From the IMG/VR virus record IMGVR_UViG_3300050821_002957, positions 186,001 to 250,000 of that record: DNA of 64,000 bases, one strand, 5' to 3'. Position numbers and translations under genes: made by a program. Every line of letters begins with the position of its first letter. The first letter of the stretch is position 1. Below, one piece after another: positions 62,526 to 64,000 of this stretch. The notes beneath the pieces are model-generated. The model searched no databases and had not been told where the DNA came from. It saw only the letters and a list, made by a program, of their open reading frames with translations.

Positions 62526-63293
62526 CTAAACAGGCTCGACCGGATAATTCGGCAGACCGAGACCGGCGATATGCTTGCATGAGCCATGAACACGATGGGC
62601 CATGCAAGAACACTGCCAGCGATGATTGGTCTTGTGCTGACCGATGGTGTACTCGCTCGTGCTGTCCGTGAATGATTTGACCGTGAAGCGATTGGTGTAG
62701 AAGGCAGTGTCCTCCAAGCGAGTCGAGGTACGGGGTATCAGTACCTTCGGCAACACAGCGGGAAGCGGTTGGCGCTTCGGAGCACCAGGAATATGAACTT
62801 CCTCGCACGAGATGTCATTGCCGTCATCGTCGATGCTGACCTTGAAGCAAAAGACCATCGGCAGACCATTGACCATTTTGCCGGTGTCCACGACGTAGCG
62901 ATACTCGATGTCGCAGGGATCTTTCATCATGATGCCACATGAAATGAAATCGAGGCGTTCCTTTTTCGGAACAGAAGTGAACTCACGCTTTTCGTTCGGG
63001 TCCTTTGGATTGTGCGAATGCTCGTGCAGCTTGCCTGCGGCATCTTTGAATTTGTAATCGACGGCGAACATCTCACCGAGGAACACGACGTATCGGGCAG
63101 CGAGAAAAGCATCGTCATCCAGACGATTGTCCTTGAGCTTCTTGCAACGGCGAAGGAACTTGTACAGATCGACGCCAGCGCCCTTGGGATAGCCGTCGCT
63201 GTGACGATAAACGATGGCGCTAAGATAGGGCTTGTTCGTTACTGGATCGATGTATGTGCTGTCGATGAAGTGTGTCGTTGACCGTGTGCTCAT
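62526..63293 (-). CDS. YxHxDGYP-family protein fused to a SWIM zinc finger, leaderless
   Basis: MSTRS..YRHSDGYPKGAG; WQCSC..SCKHI. Confidence 0.7.
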   Translation of the reverse strand: MSTRSTTHFIDSTYIDPVTNKPYLSAIVYRHSDGYPKGAGVDLYKFLRRCKKLKDNRLDDDAFLAARYVVFLGEMFAVDYKFKDAAGKLHEHSHNPKDPNEKREFTSVPKKERLDFISCGIMMKDPCDIEYRYVVDTGKMVNGLPMVFCFKVSIDDDGNDISCEEVHIPGAPKRQPLPAVLPKVLIPRTSTRLEDTAFYTNRFTVKSFTDSTSEYTIGQHKTNHRWQCSCMAHRVHGSCKHIAGLGLPNYPVEPV

Positions 63294-63299
63294 GTATCT

Positions 63300-63328
63300 A
63301 AGATAGCAAAGATACATCTAAAAGTCAA
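63300..63328 (-). promoter_or_regulatory. Sigma70-type promoter with palindrome inside the spacer
   Basis: TTGACT-17-TATCTT; AAGATACATCTA at 63309-63320. Confidence 0.7.
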
Positions 63329-63574
63329 CCACAGAGAGGAACTTTATTCTCTTCCTTTTCAACAACTTGAATCCACTTTCTCAGGTAGTAACGAGCGTCG
63401 TATTTTGTGCTCGTTTCTGCTTGAACAAATGGCGTTGGTTTGCTTTCAAGAATGAGTGGCATCGGCGTGGCTTTCAACATTGCGAGTTTGAAACGAACGT
63501 CGGGCCGTCTATCGAATCGCACGATCATTTCAGGAGCGTATTGAATCGCTGTACCGCCCGGTGTGGATCGTTGT

Positions 63575-64000
63575 TTAAGAATTTCGATTTTGAGCGAGTC
63601 GTTCATTCTGCTCCAGCATGTACATTTCAAAATACACTGACGACGTGACATCGTTCTCCGCACACGCCAATGCGAGTTTGAAAAACTTTTCGTCAGTCTT
63701 CATGTACTCTTGAAGTTCTGTGATTGCTTGTGCTGCACTCTTAAAAAGAATGCCAATGCCGCCAGCTTCACGCCATGCTTTGATGTTCGCTTCAAAGTCG
63801 TCAATGAGGATGTCGCCGGTCTTTGCGTACTGAGCTTTTTCTTTTTTGTGTGCGACGATCTTTACGAGATCCGGTGTCCACATCAACTCTGGAAGTTCAT
63901 TGTCAAGCCAGATGCGTTTGTGCTCATCACTCTTTTCAATGTGCGAAGACGCAGCAGAAAGAATGCCGGGTGTTGCGACTCGGCTGTATCGCACAAAATT
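63575..64000 (-). CDS. 5'(3')-deoxyribonucleotidase-like HAD phosphatase, 5' truncated
   Basis: ILSA..K..WL..ILIDD..NI..W..AGGIGI. Confidence 0.8.
   Translation of the reverse strand, partial: NFVRYSRVATPGILSAASSHIEKSDEHKRIWLDNELPELMWTPDLVKIVAHKKEKAQYAKTGDILIDDFEANIKAWREAGGIGILFKSAAQAITELQEYMKTDEKFFKLALACAENDVTSSVYFEMYMLEQNERLAQNRNS

Noticed and set aside
1-64000. CRISPR array or cas genes
   Set aside because: No regularly spaced 25-45 nt repeats and no Cas motifs seen
1-64000. Alternative genetic code
   Set aside because: Core genes are full length in the standard code and all three stops are used as true ends

Overview
A 64-kb piece of a large T4-like myophage genome read in the standard genetic code. 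Two T4 core blocks are recognisable: replication/late transcription (gp33, gp59, gp32) and baseplate/tail/head completion (gp29-like hub with a GH73 domain, gp51, gp26, gp54-like, gp2, gp4, gp48). The rest is dense accessory DNA: two tRNA-Cys genes, HNH nucleases, CoaE, PTH2, Nudix, MazG-like, deoxyribosyltransferase-like and ceramidase-like enzymes, an M15 peptidase, a J-domain protein and many small ORFs. The main unexplained signals are: (1) a 109-aa late protein carrying only the clip segment of the T4-type portal, beside a clip-less paralog (possible portal decoy); (2) several small proteins with T4 capsid-targeting N-termini, including a kinase-like and a methyltransferase-like protein; (3) three or four promoter-driven structured noncoding RNAs; (4) a 12-bp palindrome, TAGATRYATCTA, at many sigma70-type promoters; (5) pervasive leaderless early and late transcripts; (6) a likely -1 frameshift fusing gp26 to gp51; (7) a sigma54-type promoter before a ParB/DGQHR-like gene. 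All family calls come from motif recognition by eye. No search or folding program was run.
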